Positions 61,601-64,000 of a stretch of DNA of 64,000 nt are shown here, one piece after another. Source of the stretch: Squalus acanthias (taxonomy: Eukaryota). The stretch is taken from positions 17,112,001 to 17,176,000 of the forward strand of contig CM059449.1 of assembly GCA_030390025.1 (NCBI GenBank). The letters are read 5' to 3'. A model generated the notes under the pieces. The model was given only the letters and a program-made list of their open reading frames with translations. It made no database searches and was not told the DNA's origin. The position numbers and the translations under genes are program-made. The number at the start of each line of letters is the position of its first letter. Position 1 is the stretch's first letter.

Positions 61601-62419
61601 TGACTCTGGAACCGAACACAGCCCATCCCCGGCTCATTGCGTCTGAGGACCGGACCAGTGTGAGACCCCGAGAAAGAGGGCAGCGGCTCCCTGACACCCC
61701 AGAGAGGTTTGATCCCTGGGCCAGTGTCCTAGGATTGGAGGGATTCACATCAGGGAGACACTACTGGGAGGTGGAGGTGAGGAACAAGACTTGGTGGGGT
61801 CTGGGAGTGGCCCGAGAGTCTGCCGTGAGGAAAGGAGGAATCAATCGGAGACCTGAGCTCGGATGCTGGACTGTGGGGCTTAGACCCAGAAGTGGCCATG
61901 TTGCCATCACCTCCCCCTCTGAGACCCCCCTCACCCCGAGTGGGGATCCCCGGAAGATCGAGGTGTTCCTGGACTATGAGGGCGGACAGGTGTAATTTTA
62001 CAATGTGGACAACATGTCCCATCTCCACACCTTCACCCACACTTTCACGGAGAGAATCTTTCCCTTCTTCCATCCGGGACTCAATATAGACGGGAAAATC
62101 TCCGCACCACTGACAATCTGTGGGGTTACAGGTCACTAACAGCTCCATCCCATAATCTCTCCCTGCCTCCTGCCAGCTGCAAACTGATGGGCGTCGGTCT
62201 CGGTCACAGGTGGTGCGGGTGGTCCAAATGTCACCTGAGGTCAGGGCGGGCACAACCGAGTGACAATGTCTTGTTGGTGATATTTGTTTGTTTAATCGGT
62301 GTAGTGGAACAAACTCATTGCAACTGCTCCAAAGACTCCCGGAAAATTAAATAAAAAACCACCAGAATATCGAGAATCATCGGGGCCCAGAGACAGAGGA
62401 GAATTAAAACACGGGCAGT

Positions 62420-62525
62420 GCTCCTTCAGTACTGCACTGAAGTGTCAGCCTGGATTAGGTGCTCAAGTCTGGAGTGGAGGAGAGGCAAGAGTGCTGCCAA
62501 TGAGTGAAGGCTGTCAGTGAGCCAA
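62420..62525 (-). mobile_element. DeuSINE 5' fragment
   Basis: Matches the tRNA-like head region of the 29042 copy. Confidence 0.65.
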
Positions 62526-62864
62526 GGCACACGCCATGAATAGGGCTGAAATAGCTGAGGAAAAAGCTGAAAGAGACCCAGGAGAGTAAACACAATGCTA
62601 ATTATGGCCAAACAATGCAGAGTAGCAATCAACAAGCTAACAGGATATTGAACTACCCGATGTCTGGAGGGGTAAACCAGAGCGGCTGTAGCAAAGGCTG
62701 GTTTTGGAGAGTCTGGGGAGCGCTCCTGCTCTGCCCGGCTCCACAGTAACAAAGGGCAACTTTCCTTTTGGACTCTTTTTGGCCAGCTGGTAATGCTCAG
62801 AGTGTGCACGGTGCACGCTGTGCCCAGTTCAGCCAACAAATGGTAATTGTGGTCATATGAACAT

Positions 62865-64000
62865 CTAGACAAGCTGGGGTTGTTCTCCTTAGAGCAGCGA
62901 AGGTTATCACAGAGAAGGTTATCGGAAGATTTAATAGAGGTGTTCAATACCATGAAAGGTTTTGATAGTTTATCCTTATTTACTCTGTTTCCATTGACAG
63001 AAGGGTCAGCAACCAAAGGACACAGATTTAAAGTAATTGTCAAAAGATCAAGAGGAAAGATGAGAAGATTTTTTTTTAAACTAAGCGAGTTGTTATGATC
63101 TGGAATGCACTGCCTGAAAGGGTGGTGGAAGCAGATTCAATCGTAACTTTCAAAAGGGAATTGGATAAATACTTGAAGGGGAAAATTAGCAAAAAATATA
63201 AAAACAGATAGTAAGAGTTTTTATAGTTATATAAAAAGAAAAAGGGTGGCTAAAGTAAATGTTGGTCCCTTAGAGGATGAGACCGGGAAATTAATGGTGG
63301 GAAATATGGAGATGGCAAAAACACTGAATGAATATTTTGTATCAGTCTTTACAGTAGAGGACACTAAGAATATCCCAACACTGGACAAACAGGGGGCTAT
63401 AGGGGGAGAGGAGCTAAACACGATCAAAATTACTAAGGAAGTGGTACTCGGTAAAATAATGGGACTCAAGGCGGATAAATCACCTGGACCTGATGGCTTA
63501 CATCCTAGAGTCTTGAAGGAAGTGGCGGTAGGGATTGTAGATGCATTGGTAATAATTTTTCAAAACTCCCTGGATTCCGCTAAGGTCCCGGCAGACTGGA
63601 AAACTGCTAATGTAACACCCTTATTTAAAAAGGGCAGTAGACAGAAGGCTGGTAACTATAGACCGGTTAGCCTAACATCTGTGGTAGGTAAAATTTTGGA
63701 GTCCATTATTAAGGAAACAGTAACAGGACATTTGGATAATCATAATTTAATAGGACAAAGTCAGCATGGTTTTACGAAGGGGAAGTCATGTTTGACAAAT
63801 TTGCTGGAGTTCTTTGAGGAAGTAACATATAGAGTGGATAAAGGGGAACCAGTGGACGTAGTGTATTTAGACTTCCAAAAGGCATTTGACAAGGTGCCAC
63901 ACAAAAGATTATTGCTTAAGGTAAAAAATCACGGGATTGGGGGTAATATTCTGGCATGGATAGAGGATTGGCTATCTAACAGAAAGCAAAGAGTTGGGAT
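62865..64000 (+). mobile_element. CR1 3' fragment (62865-63185) followed by a CR1 ORF2 segment running off the window
   Basis: LFSLEQRRL..; then [37 protein letters not shown]. Confidence 0.9.

Larger units (their letters stand above)
53098..62139 (+). pseudogene. TRIM (B30.2) pseudogene, TRIM39/TRIM35-like class; exons ~53098-53375, 53456-53552, 53641-53874, 53983-54005, 54103-54200, 61589-62139
   Basis: RING remnant SCPGCREEF; B-box HCEEHQEELKPFCENDKKLICYTCRDAREH; coiled coil; PRY-SPRY (LTLEPNTAHPRL, GRHYWEVEV, LDYEGG). Lesions: RING N-half missing, frameshifts near 53188 and 53466, TAA at 61993-61995. Confidence 0.9.

Noticed and set aside
62426-63043. 205-aa ORF and most other 60-200 aa ORFs in the track
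   Set aside because: They are antisense or off-frame readings across SINE, CR1 and MITE sequence, with no independent coding signal.

Overview
Repeat-rich vertebrate DNA, most likely from a cartilaginous fish (shark), judged from SacSINE1/DeuSINE-like SINEs, abundant CR1 LINEs and shark-type Penelope ends. Three non-trivial loci sit in the repeat matrix. (1) A minus-strand gene (27078->17944) that assembles in frame into a ~309-aa receptor: leader, two NKp30/NCR3-like VJ-type Ig domains, an uncharged TM and a short YxxI tail. It has a 1.1-kb direct duplication around its first V exon and an exon-less inverted duplicate at ~36.2-40.4 kb. (2) A decayed, 3'-truncated endogenous retrovirus (43389-~51965). 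It has a 5' LTR, a foamy-type tRNA-Lys1,2 PBS, a coiled-coil + CCHC gag, an in-frame UGA-CGG gag/pol junction, pro-RT-tether-RNase H-IN, and a spliced env with an RQKR furin site. This combination fits neither foamy nor gamma/epsilon viruses and best fits a lokiretrovirus-like lineage (inference). (3) A TRIM (RING remnant, B-box, coiled coil, PRY-SPRY) pseudogene (53098-62139). The remainder is CR1, L2, Penelope (with hammerhead motifs), SINE and MITE copies, including a 5'-inverted CR1, a tRNA-headed LINE lacking ORF1, and two long hairpins. All alignments were made by eye, so repeat boundaries are approximate.
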